A stretch of DNA of 61,006 nucleotides from a virus (taxonomy: Duplodnaviria > Caudoviricetes): the IMG/VR virus record IMGVR_UViG_3300028809_000015, positions 1-61,006 of that record. The stretch is one strand, 5' to 3'. The notes under the pieces are model-generated. The model saw nothing but the letters and a program-made list of their open reading frames with translations, made no database searches and was not told the DNA's origin. The position numbers and the translations under genes are program-made. This document shows, piece by piece, positions 45,493-54,602 of this stretch (position 1 is the stretch's first letter; each line of letters starts with the position of its first letter).

Positions 45493-47391
45493 ATGTTTCC
45501 ATTACAAGGCGGGGCTCCGCGTCAGACAACGTACATTGAAGATGTGTTCAGCGCTTACACGTATGGGGGAAACACATCTACACAAGCAATAACCAACGGC
45601 GTTGACCTATCTACGCATGGCGGTTTGGTTTGGACGAAAGAGCGTGGTGCTTCATATACGCATTATCTTGCAGATACTGCACGCGGAACGGGTCAGTATT
45701 TAAAGACACCTACCACGGATGCGAATCAAGCAAGTGCCGACCGCATAACGGCATTCAATACGACAGGCTATTCATTGGGAGCAAATCTTGCTCTAAACGA
45801 GAACGGTAAAAATTACATCTCGTGGACCTCCCGCAATGCTGCAAATTTCTTCACCCATAACACTGTTAGCCATACAAACGGGGTAGCGACAAACATCGAC
45901 CTATCGAGTCTTGGCGTAGTCGGTGCGGCTCAAGTAAAGATTACGGGAACGACAGGGGACTGGTATTACTGGCACCGCAGTCTTACCGCTGGCAATAACC
46001 TGCGGCTAAATACGACAGCAGCACAGAGTACAACAAACGCATATTTGTCTGTATCGGGTACAACGCTGACGATTTCGGCATCAGCTCCAAGTGGCACATA
46101 TGTGTATCACGCAAGGGCACATGACGATAGTGAGAACGGGCTGATTTATTGCGGGAGTTTTACAACAGACGGTAGCGGGAATGCGACGGTAACAACTGGG
46201 TGGGAAGCCCAGTACTTGGAGATTAAGTGCATATCTAGCGTACCTTCTGAACCGAACTGGCAAATTTATGATTCGATGCGTGGGCTTACAGCGGCAGGTT
46301 CACTAGATGCATTTTTATACGCAAACACGTCGACAACAGGAGGCACGGGATCGCGCATTGGGCTATCAGCAACAGGTTTTACTGCGGCCCTAGATAACTC
46401 GCAAACCTATATCTTCATCGCCATCCGTCGCGGCCCTATGCGTCCACCTACTAGCGGGACGCAGGTTTATAACGCAGTTGCAAGGACAGGTACGGGGGCT
46501 GCTGCTACGGTGACAGGGGCGGGGTTCCCGCCCGACTTGACACTATTTAAGGCTCGGTCGCAGACATATGCACAGCGCACACATGACCGCCTGCGTGGGG
46601 CCAGTGCAAATCTATCAGCTGCCACAACGTCTGCCGAAAACTCAGACACATCAACTACGACAGCGTTTGGAATGGATGGGGTGTCCCTTGGAGCAAGTGC
46701 TGGGGTGAATGAGAATTCAACCACGTATATTAACCATTTCTTCCGCCGCTACCCCGGCGTGTTTGATCAGGTTTGTTATACGGGAGATGGCGTAGCAGGA
46801 AGGCAGATCCCTCATAACCTCACAGTCTCTCCAGAGCTAATCATCGTTAAAAAACGAAACAGTTCAACCGATTCACTCTGGCCCGTATATAACCCAAGAA
46901 CTGTGGCAACAAATCAAGTTCTGTACTTGGAACAAAACTCAGCGCTGACAAGCAATGCATCTGTGTTATTTGGGAACGGGACAAGTGTGGTTTCGCCAAC
47001 AGAGAACGTATTTACAGTCGGTGCGTTTACTTACGTAAACAATACATCCGACACATACGTTGCCTACCTTTTCGCCACTCTCGCAGGTATTTCTAAAGTA
47101 GGAAGCTATACAGGCACTGGAACAACAAATCAAATCGATTGTGGTTTTGCTGCCGGCGCTAGGTTTGTCCTGATTAAACGTACAGACAGCACAGGTGACT
47201 GGTATTTATGGGACAGCGTGCGGGGAATCGTCGCGGGCAACGACCCATACCTGCTACTGAACTCTTCAGCTGCAGAGAATACCAGCACGGATTACATTGA
47301 CCCGTACGCGCCGGGGTTCGAACTGTCTTCTTCCGCCCCGGCAGCGCTCAATGCCAGCGGTGGAACTTACGTATTTTTAGCATTCGCATAA
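45493..47391 (+). CDS. Tail fibre/receptor-binding protein with internal repeats
   Basis: Repeated YTGxG..PDL/PEL..IK..W..D..RG modules; ends YVFLAFA. Confidence 0.78.
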   Translation: MFPLQGGAPRQTTYIEDVFSAYTYGGNTSTQAITNGVDLSTHGGLVWTKERGASYTHYLADTARGTGQYLKTPTTDANQASADRITAFNTTGYSLGANLALNENGKNYISWTSRNAANFFTHNTVSHTNGVATNIDLSSLGVVGAAQVKITGTTGDWYYWHRSLTAGNNLRLNTTAAQSTTNAYLSVSGTTLTISASAPSGTYVYHARAHDDSENGLIYCGSFTTDGSGNATVTTGWEAQYLEIKCISSVPSEPNWQIYDSMRGLTAAGSLDAFLYANTSTTGGTGSRIGLSATGFTAALDNSQTYIFIAIRRGPMRPPTSGTQVYNAVARTGTGAAATVTGAGFPPDLTLFKARSQTYAQRTHDRLRGASANLSAATTSAENSDTSTTTAFGMDGVSLGASAGVNENSTTYINHFFRRYPGVFDQVCYTGDGVAGRQIPHNLTVSPELIIVKKRNSSTDSLWPVYNPRTVATNQVLYLEQNSALTSNASVLFGNGTSVVSPTENVFTVGAFTYVNNTSDTYVAYLFATLAGISKVGSYTGTGTTNQIDCGFAAGARFVLIKRTDSTGDWYLWDSVRGIVAGNDPYLLLNSSAAENTSTDYIDPYAPGFELSSSAPAALNASGGTYVFLAFA

Positions 47392-47400
47392 GGAACAAAC

Positions 47401-48015
47401 ATGGAAATCAGACTCAGAGAAAACGGCGCCGTCATATCGGATCAACAATTCAGGGCGATGTACCCAAATGTGACTTTTTCATCCGTGCTCACGCACGAGG
47501 TTCTAAACGACTTTGGCGCCGATCCGGTTTTGCCATCACCGCCACCGATGGCGCAGCCGAATCAAATCCCCATCCGCAATGGCGCGACACAGGATGTCAA
47601 TGGCAATTGGGTATGGGCGTGGGCTCTTCAGGCCATCCCGCAGGCTCAGCTAGACGCATCATTGGCGGCGGCAAAGACTGCAAAAAACACCCAGATTAAT
47701 CAATGGCGAGAGCAGGCCAATGGTTCCACATTCCCCTATGGCGGAAAGCATATAGCCTGCGACCGGCTGTCTAAAGACGACATTATGGGAACGGCGCTGC
47801 ATGCCCTTCTCTTCAACGCTTTTCCTGATGACTTCCCGGGAGCGTGGAAGGCCACCGACAATAGTTATCTACCCATGCCGGATATAGCCACATTCAAGGC
47901 CATGTTCAGCGCGATGACAAATCAAGGCAGCCTTAATTTCGCCTATTCCCAGCAATTGAAAACGCAATTGGCCAACGCTGCAACTCTGGCAGCCGTAAAT
48001 GAAATCGTCTGGTAA
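47401..48015 (+). CDS. DUF4376-like tail fibre-associated protein
   Basis: WKATDNSYLPM..LKTQLANAATLAAVNEIVW C-terminus. Confidence 0.75.
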   Translation: MEIRLRENGAVISDQQFRAMYPNVTFSSVLTHEVLNDFGADPVLPSPPPMAQPNQIPIRNGATQDVNGNWVWAWALQAIPQAQLDASLAAAKTAKNTQINQWREQANGSTFPYGGKHIACDRLSKDDIMGTALHALLFNAFPDDFPGAWKATDNSYLPMPDIATFKAMFSAMTNQGSLNFAYSQQLKTQLANAATLAAVNEIVW

Positions 48016-48057
48016 TCATTTCGTGACCTTAATGCAGTAACTAAATGGGAGTCCGCC

Positions 48058-48519
48058 ATGCCGTTACAAGCCGCCTTTTACAAAGCCACCCGCCCCGGTA
48101 TCCCTGGAATTTACAACCGGCTGGTGCGAGCGTGGGAGCCGGGAGAATATAGCCACTGCGAGTTGATTTTTTCGGATGGGCTGGCGGCGTCTGCATCGTT
48201 CATGGATGGCGGGGTACGTTTCAAACGGATCGATTTCGACCCGAGGCATTGGGACATCATCGACTTGGGATGGGCAGATGAAGATTATGCGCGTCAATGG
48301 TTCGCAGATCACGAGCATGCGCCATATGACGTAATCGGACAGGTGCATTTTGTGATCAGTCCGGTGCGCGGCAGTAAGCGCGGTTACTGGTGCTCTGAGG
48401 CGATGGCGGCCGCACTGCGGTTGAAAGATCCATGGAGGTACGGGCCAAATTTATTACACGCTGTCCTAAGCAGTACATCACTCAACCCCGCTTCGGCGGG
48501 TTTTTTATTGCCCGGTTGA
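48058..48519 (+). CDS. Permuted papain-like (YaeF/YiiX-type) hydrolase
   Basis: YSHCEL (His) precedes PYD and WCSE (Cys), the permuted NlpC/P60 order. Confidence 0.65.
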   Translation: MPLQAAFYKATRPGIPGIYNRLVRAWEPGEYSHCELIFSDGLAASASFMDGGVRFKRIDFDPRHWDIIDLGWADEDYARQWFADHEHAPYDVIGQVHFVISPVRGSKRGYWCSEAMAAALRLKDPWRYGPNLLHAVLSSTSLNPASAGFLLPG

Positions 48520-48594
48520 GTAGCAAAAAGCAAACAATAAGAATCAACAACAACACCCGCCAATGAGCGGGTTTTCTTTTTTAAGGGGTAACAC

Positions 48595-48957
48595 ATGGCA
48601 GAACCGGCGAGCTCAACGGTGGGCATTGCAATTGCGGCGGGAACCATCACGCTGACGGGGTCAATTTTAGGTGTGCATTACGACGCACTTACTGCAGGCC
48701 TATTTGGCGGACTGGTGGCCTTGTCCTATTTGCCGTCAATGTCTGCGGCGCGTATCGCCGGCAGCGTTGCCACATCATCACTGCTGGCGGGATTCTTCGC
48801 GCCAGTGATAGCGGCGGCGGCGCTGAATTATTTCCCATGGCTGGTCGGCATGGGCGACTACATGCGCATCGCTGCTGCTGCGGCGTTAGGCATTAGTGCG
48901 CAGGCCATTATCCCGTCCGTCTTAAGCTGGATCCGCATGAAAGGCGGCGCGCAATGA
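48595..48957 (+). CDS. Holin
   Basis: Multiple TM helices; MAEPASST..AGLFGGLVAL; upstream of the endolysin. Confidence 0.8.
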   Translation: MAEPASSTVGIAIAAGTITLTGSILGVHYDALTAGLFGGLVALSYLPSMSAARIAGSVATSSLLAGFFAPVIAAAALNYFPWLVGMGDYMRIAAAAALGISAQAIIPSVLSWIRMKGGAQ

Positions 48958-49214
48958 TACTTGCTATCAATCTGATCGCAGCAGCGATCATCCTAATCTA
49001 TGGACTGGCCGCGATAAACAAAATGGGGTGGCGTACATGTTACGGGATGCGCGCTGCGTGGCTGGTCCTGACAACCGGTGCACTTGGGGTCCTGATTTCC
49101 CCGATCTATGGACACCAGTATTTTGGCTTGTGGGAGACGGCTCTGAACGTGGGAATTGCGCTGCATGTTGTATTTGAGCGCAGGCGCTCTCGTGACGAGA
49201 GGAGGGCGATATGA
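48954..49214 (+). CDS. Second membrane lysis protein (holin/antiholin)
   Basis: Three TM segments, basic C-terminal tail; coupled to holin and endolysin. Confidence 0.7.
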   Translation: MILAINLIAAAIILIYGLAAINKMGWRTCYGMRAAWLVLTTGALGVLISPIYGHQYFGLWETALNVGIALHVVFERRRSRDERRAI

Positions 49215-49777
49215 CTCGCGACCAACTGCTGGCGATCATGCCCTACGCAAAAACACGTGTAGATATGTTTCTGCCGCACCTGAATGCAGCAATGGCCGAA
49301 TTTGAGATCAATACGCCGGCGCGACAGGCGGCATTCCTTGCCCAGATCGGGCATGAGTCAGGGCAATTGCTATATGTCCGCGAGCTGGCCAGCGGCTCAG
49401 CCTATGACGTCGGGGATCTTGCGCGCCGCCTCGGCAACACTCCTGAAGACGACGGCGACGGCGAGCGCCTCAAAGGGCGCGGACTGATCCAGATCACCGG
49501 ACACGACAACTACCTTGCTTGTTCGATGGCCTTGTTCGGTGATGACCGATTGCTGCACTTTCCTGAGTTGTTGGAGGATGCGCGCAACGCCTGTCGATCG
49601 GCTGGCTGGTTTTGGCGTTCACGCAGACTCAATGAGCTGGCCGACCTTTGCAATTTCAGACTCATCACCAAGCGAATCAACGGCGGCTACAACCATTACA
49701 AGGCGCGAGTCGCCCTGTATTTCGCCGCGATCAAGCATCTTGGAGCGTTACCAATATCAAAGGAGGTTCGGCTATGA
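49211..49777 (+). CDS. Endolysin, glycoside hydrolase family 19
   Basis: AAFLAQIGHESG..LGN..GDG..KGRGLIQITGHDNY..SAGWFW..ITKRINGGYN. Confidence 0.95.
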   Translation: MTRDQLLAIMPYAKTRVDMFLPHLNAAMAEFEINTPARQAAFLAQIGHESGQLLYVRELASGSAYDVGDLARRLGNTPEDDGDGERLKGRGLIQITGHDNYLACSMALFGDDRLLHFPELLEDARNACRSAGWFWRSRRLNELADLCNFRLITKRINGGYNHYKARVALYFAAIKHLGALPISKEVRL

Positions 49778-50007
49778 AAACCCTTGCTTTCGCTCTGCTA
49801 CTGGTTTGCGCCCCAGCGCTATCGATCACCAACCATCCAGACGGCTCTGTAACTCTGACAAAGGAAGAGGCGGCGAACCTCACGGAAAATTTTCAATCGA
49901 TGGCCTCCGACAAGGAGCAGTACGCAAAAGACAGGGCGCGTGCGACTGAAGTCTTGCAAGACCTGCTTAAGCAGATGGAGGCACTCAAAAACAGGAAGTG
50001 CCTATGA
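49774..50007 (+). CDS. Small exported coiled-coil protein inside the lysis cassette
   Basis: GGAGG RBS; signal peptide MKTLAFALLLVCAPALS; ATGA overlaps on both sides. Confidence 0.7.
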   Translation: MKTLAFALLLVCAPALSITNHPDGSVTLTKEEAANLTENFQSMASDKEQYAKDRARATEVLQDLLKQMEALKNRKCL

Positions 50008-50483
50008 ACCCGCTGAACCTAATCCCGACTCAATTCAAAGTTGTTGCCGTGCTGGCAGCAGCTTTGGCGGCGTTCGGTGCCGGCTGGGTTACCAATGGCT
50101 GGCGATTTGGCGGCCAGTTGGCCAGCTTGCAATCGGAGTGGGACAAGGAAAGAGCAGATCAGGCTGAAGCGGAACTTGATCTTGAGCGCGAAACCCGACG
50201 CGCAGTCGATGCCATCACCGTCAACAGTCAAAAGGAGAAACAACGTGCGAAAGCAACTATCGATAGCTTGCGCGCTGATGTGCGTAACGGTACTGAGCGG
50301 CTGTCCGTCGCCGTCTCTTCCTGTGCGACTGGAGATCCCAGAGCTGGGAATCCAGAAGCGCGAGCCGAACTTCTGCCAGCGGTTGCTGACCGAATTGTCG
50401 GCATCGCCGCAGACGCTGACGACGCGGTGCGGGAGTTAAACGAATGCGTGGACAAGTACAGCGCAGTGAAAGAGACAAGGTGA
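50004..50483 (+). CDS. Rz: Inner-membrane spanin
   Basis: N-terminal TM (..FGAGWVTNGWR), coiled coil, LRADVRNGTERLSV..LNEC. Confidence 0.9.
   Translation: MNPLNLIPTQFKVVAVLAAALAAFGAGWVTNGWRFGGQLASLQSEWDKERADQAEAELDLERETRRAVDAITVNSQKEKQRAKATIDSLRADVRNGTERLSVAVSSCATGDPRAGNPEARAELLPAVADRIVGIAADADDAVRELNECVDKYSAVKETR
50245..50439 (+). CDS. Rz1: Outer-membrane spanin lipoprotein embedded in Rz (+1 frame)
   Basis: AAGGAG RBS + GTG; lipobox LSG|C; Pro-rich mature part. Confidence 0.85.
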   Translation: MRKQLSIACALMCVTVLSGCPSPSLPVRLEIPELGIQKREPNFCQRLLTELSASPQTLTTRCGS

Positions 50484-50487
50484 AAAC

Positions 50488-51702
50488 ATGGCAATAAGTA
50501 AGTCTACGGCAGACCAGATTCAGTCTTGGTACACGACATATCTTGGGCGCGAGGCGGATGCAGGAGGATTGCAAAATTGGGCGTCCGCATTGGACAGCGG
50601 AGCAAATGTCTCGGATTTGCAATCTGCATTCCAAAGGGATGCATCGTCTGAGATCTCAGCCCGCCAATCGGCGGTGCCAGCCACAAGTAGCGGAGGCGGC
50701 GGCAGCTCGACGGGCTTGATTAATTCCATTCCCGGAGTGAGTTTCGCTGACTACAACGGGAAACAAGTCAGGGTAGATGATTATTACAAAAAGGACCTAA
50801 CCGACAATGCGGCAGATTTAGGCAAGAGGCTCGGTCGCACGATCACTGCGCAGGAATACGACGCGATGATCAATCCGGATACTTATGGCGCTCGGTGGGG
50901 GAATGTGGCTAACCCCGGGAAGAGTTCTGGGCCGGCGCTTTTATCGCAGACGGATCTCACTCAGCGCTCTGTTAGTCCAGCGACAGAAACTGTAAGTGGT
51001 CAAATGGGGAGCCTTCTTTCTGCGGATAGCCCCTACATGCAATCCGCGCGAGCACGCGGGCAACGTGCAGCGGCATCAAGGGGGCTAATAAATAGCTCGA
51101 TGGCCGGCACTGCTGGCGAGTCCGCTGCGATTGATGCCGCTCTTCAAATCGCCACGCCAGATGCCGCCACTTATGGCCGTGCCAGTGATTACAACACCGC
51201 ACTGGCGAACCAGACAGCGCAGTACAACGCGGATGTCCAAAACGATTTTACGCAACGCCAGCTAGACCGCAACCAACAACAATCGCTCGCGCAAATGCAG
51301 GATGCGACATCGCGATATACAGCAGAGCTGAGTTCAAACACATCACGTTACAACACAGACGCCGATTACCGCAGGACGATAGATGCCAATCGAGATTCGT
51401 TGGTGAATAACATCCTGATGAGTGGCGATTCAATCTCACCAGACCGTAAGGCCGCGATGCTGGAACAGCTTGGCATGGGCACTGCAGCACGCAGAGACGC
51501 CGGCGGAAATGTTATCCCAGGCACTGGCTTGGCTGGTGCCATCTACGTCATCGACAGTGTGAGCGCAGATTTGGTTGCACCAAGCCAGCAGCAATTCCGT
51601 GGAATAGTTGGGGGCAATGCAGGCGGGGTTGGCAACGGAGATGGTGGCGACGGAGGAGGCAGCGGTGGCGATGGCGGATTTGGTGGCGGGATTTCGGTCT
51701 GA
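50488..51702 (+). CDS. Internal virion/ejection protein with an N-terminal DUF4214-like domain
   Basis: IQSWYTTYLGREADAGGLQNWASALDSG; core SPYMQSARARG..RGLINSSMAG..ALQIATPDA typical of podophage DNA-transfer proteins. Confidence 0.72.
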   Translation: MAISKSTADQIQSWYTTYLGREADAGGLQNWASALDSGANVSDLQSAFQRDASSEISARQSAVPATSSGGGGSSTGLINSIPGVSFADYNGKQVRVDDYYKKDLTDNAADLGKRLGRTITAQEYDAMINPDTYGARWGNVANPGKSSGPALLSQTDLTQRSVSPATETVSGQMGSLLSADSPYMQSARARGQRAAASRGLINSSMAGTAGESAAIDAALQIATPDAATYGRASDYNTALANQTAQYNADVQNDFTQRQLDRNQQQSLAQMQDATSRYTAELSSNTSRYNTDADYRRTIDANRDSLVNNILMSGDSISPDRKAAMLEQLGMGTAARRDAGGNVIPGTGLAGAIYVIDSVSADLVAPSQQQFRGIVGGNAGGVGNGDGGDGGGSGGDGGFGGGISV

Positions 51703-52052
51703 TGGACGCCCGCATTGTCAGATATTTTGAAACACTGGGCGTTTCGTCCGAAGCGTTAGATGGGTGGGATGTCAAGTTAGCCCAGCGGGATGGCAAGGAT
51801 TGCGGATTCATCCTGACGAAGGGATCGGAAATCCACATGCAAGCATTCGAAAGCGGCGCGATGTCTCGCAAGAATATTACCGAATACCTGCAGCCACTGC
51901 TTGATGAATATGGCTACGCGACGACGCGTGTTCCCATCGCCGAAAGAGACCACAAATTGCGCCAAGTTCTAGGGTTTGAAATGACTTGGCAGGACGAAAG
52001 TTTCACCTATTGGGCGATTACAGAAATGCCTTTCCAGCGAAGGAATAAGTAA
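51702..52052 (+). CDS. GNAT-like small protein (T7 gp13-like position)
   Basis: EIHM..LLDEYGYATTRV..LGFE. Confidence 0.6.
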   Translation: MDARIVRYFETLGVSSEALDGWDVKLAQRDGKDCGFILTKGSEIHMQAFESGAMSRKNITEYLQPLLDEYGYATTRVPIAERDHKLRQVLGFEMTWQDESFTYWAITEMPFQRRNK

Positions 52053-52981
52053 TGAATAAACATTATCTAACAATTGGGCAGTCTCGCATCTACACGCTGG
52101 ATAACCCTATTGGCGACGCTTTCGGCGGGGCCGCGTATGGCGAGCGGAGGATGCCGGTTGCGGCGGTTGCAATGGCTGCAGGCAGTTTCGCGGCTGGGGC
52201 GACGGCATTCGCTGCGGCCACCACGACACTTGGCGCTATTGCTGCTGGTGCGACGATGATCGGCTCCGCGTTGACGATTATCGGCACGGTCACCGGCAAT
52301 GCAAAGCTGGCGAAAATCGGCGGAGTTCTTTCAATTGGCGGAATGGTTGGCACAGGATTGATTAACCATGCCGCCAAAAATGCTGCGGCTTCCGCTGGCG
52401 CGGCAGAGGCGGGGACAGCGTTAGCCGAAGGTGGAGCGGTTAATGAAGCAGCCGGTATCGCTGACGCCGTAGCCGATACCGGTGCGACCGGAATAGCAGG
52501 CGCCCCGACCGCAGGTACAGATTTGGCAGTGGATTCCATGCAATCAGCCGGGCCAATGACTGACATCCAGGCGCAAGGACTTATCGACAGGGTGCCGCCT
52601 ACGGTCGCTGATACGGCAACAGGACTGCAGCAACAAATTGGTTCGGACGCATCCAATGCGATGGTCGCCCAAGCACCTAACACATTGAGCACTGCAGGCA
52701 CTGGCGTAGAGCAATCCCTGCAAGGAAGCGCATTCGATCCAGAGATGAACAAGCTGTTGAGGCAACAGGAGCTTGTTCAGCAAGGTCAAGGCGGGTTTTT
52801 CGATAAGTTTGGCCGGTGGGTGAAAGACAACAAGGAATTAGTGCAGCTTGGCGGCGAAGGATTGAAAGCTGTTGGGGCGCTACTGCCTAGCGACAAAGCA
52901 AAGGCAGAGGCTGAATATTACAAGACGAAATCTGAAGAGACGCGTCGCCGTGCGCTTTGGGCTTCTGGCCGTACGGCGTAA
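52052..52981 (+). CDS. Ejection protein with hydrophobic Gly/Ala helices
   Basis: Membrane-insertion-like segment, low-complexity Ala-rich region; ejection cluster. Confidence 0.7.
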   Translation: MNKHYLTIGQSRIYTLDNPIGDAFGGAAYGERRMPVAAVAMAAGSFAAGATAFAAATTTLGAIAAGATMIGSALTIIGTVTGNAKLAKIGGVLSIGGMVGTGLINHAAKNAAASAGAAEAGTALAEGGAVNEAAGIADAVADTGATGIAGAPTAGTDLAVDSMQSAGPMTDIQAQGLIDRVPPTVADTATGLQQQIGSDASNAMVAQAPNTLSTAGTGVEQSLQGSAFDPEMNKLLRQQELVQQGQGGFFDKFGRWVKDNKELVQLGGEGLKAVGALLPSDKAKAEAEYYKTKSEETRRRALWASGRTA

Positions 52982-52993
52982 ACTGGAGATCAC

Positions 52994-53515
52994 ATGGACC
53001 AGCAAAACATTCAACAAGAAATCAATCAAGCAGGAACAGATCGATCCGGTATGGTCGATGTGGATTCAATCATCTCCGACATTGACGGGAAGATCCCATC
53101 GAACTTGAGGGGTATGTATGACAAGCTCATCTTGAGCGGCATGCGCATCATGTTTGATCGGAACTCGCATCAGATGTTTCTCGATCAGCTCGACAAGCCA
53201 GGCGACATGCCGACGAAGATGGCAGAGGGGATCATCAGTCTGATTTACATGTTGTGGGAGCGAAGCAATAAGACGATCCCGCCGCAGCTTATCTATCCGG
53301 TGACAGTCGTTCTCACGCTGCGCGCATTCGAATTTCTCCAGCGAGCTGGAGAACAAGAGGCTACGCCGGAGGTTTTGGGCGAGGCTGTATCTCAGTCTGT
53401 TGAGGGAGTTGTCTCGCGCTTCGGGTTTTCCGAGGATCAACTGTTGAACGCGGTGCAAGCACAGAAGTCAGGGAACAAGCGCGGTTTAATCAACGCACAA
53501 CCGGGAGGTAAGTAA
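52994..53515 (+). CDS. Conserved ejection-cluster protein
   Basis: GGAG RBS; helical. Confidence 0.65.
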   Translation: MDQQNIQQEINQAGTDRSGMVDVDSIISDIDGKIPSNLRGMYDKLILSGMRIMFDRNSHQMFLDQLDKPGDMPTKMAEGIISLIYMLWERSNKTIPPQLIYPVTVVLTLRAFEFLQRAGEQEATPEVLGEAVSQSVEGVVSRFGFSEDQLLNAVQAQKSGNKRGLINAQPGGK

Positions 53516-53517
53516 TC

Positions 53518-54594
53518 ATGGCTGATTGGGGTGCGGCACTCTCGTCACTAGGCGGATCGATTTCTAATCTTGCGGGCGCTGCGATTAAGCGCGAAGAGGA
53601 TCAAGCGGCGGAGGAACGGGCGGCAGATAGAAAGCTGGCTGATGCGGAGCGTCTTCTTGCGATTCAAGAAGCCATGAAGATGCGCGCGCATGAACGCTTC
53701 TCCAGCGTGGCAAAAATGAAAATGGAAGAACAGGTGCCGGTTCAGTCGGAGCCTGTCACGTCCTTGACGCCGGAAAGCGCGCGCGCGTCAGGCTTGAAAA
53801 ACGGCTTAATAAACGTGGACCCTGGGCAAATGGCTGGGAAGCTCCAGGCAATCCTGTTTGATCCGAATGCCACGCCGGAGCAAAAAGCAGATGCGCAGGG
53901 AATACTTGAGCAAATCACCGAACAGGCCGCAGCGCAAAAGGGGTTGAATGAAGAGGCCGCCGCAGGGAAGACGCGGAAGAGGACATTCTCAGAAGCTGTC
54001 CAGGCCGCGCGCGAGGAGACCGCTTTGAATGACCCAGCAGCGTTCGTCGCTGGGGAATCGATGTTCGGTGGCGATCGCAAGGCCGAACTCGAAGAGAAGA
54101 AGCTGACTTCCAAGGAGAAAATGGAGCAGTTGCGTATCGAGCAGCGCGACCGTAGCGACGACAAGCGCTTCGAGGCGATGATGGCACGCATTGAATCTGC
54201 TACAGGCGGCAAGGGCGGAAACAGTACGGCACTCATCCAGAATGCCGAATACCTTAAAACGCTTGGCTATTCCGACGACAAGATCGAGAAGTTTATCTTC
54301 GAGAAAAAGGAGATACCGCTTGCCGATCTGGCCGCGAAAATCATGGCCGGCGATTCCGTGCTTACGCCGCAAGAGGCGGCACAAAAAGCGGTGCAACTGA
54401 GCCGTGCGTTGGACGCGAGCCAAGTTAAAGTTCCTGATAAGCAAGGCGCATCGCAAGGTGCATCACCCTACCCAGAAGGTACTCCGCTTCGCGGGAAGGA
54501 CGGGAAAACCTACGTTGTAAAGAACGGGCAGCCCGTACTTCAGACGCAAGCCGGAAGAACTAGCGGTGGCCTCATCAACATGCGCCCACAATAA
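53518..54594 (+). CDS. Ejection protein (helical)
   Basis: MADWGAALSSLGG amphipathic start; coiled coils; C-terminal PEGT..GKTYVVKNG domain. Confidence 0.7.
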   Translation: MADWGAALSSLGGSISNLAGAAIKREEDQAAEERAADRKLADAERLLAIQEAMKMRAHERFSSVAKMKMEEQVPVQSEPVTSLTPESARASGLKNGLINVDPGQMAGKLQAILFDPNATPEQKADAQGILEQITEQAAAQKGLNEEAAAGKTRKRTFSEAVQAAREETALNDPAAFVAGESMFGGDRKAELEEKKLTSKEKMEQLRIEQRDRSDDKRFEAMMARIESATGGKGGNSTALIQNAEYLKTLGYSDDKIEKFIFEKKEIPLADLAAKIMAGDSVLTPQEAAQKAVQLSRALDASQVKVPDKQGASQGASPYPEGTPLRGKDGKTYVVKNGQPVLQTQAGRTSGGLINMRPQ

Positions 54595-54602
54595 GGAAAC
54601 TC

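Noticed and set aside
44439-48015. Diversity-generating retroelement, as in BPP-1-like podophages
   Set aside because: No reverse transcriptase ORF anywhere, and I saw no template/variable repeat pair differing at adenines; tail fibre repeats are diverged protein-level repeats
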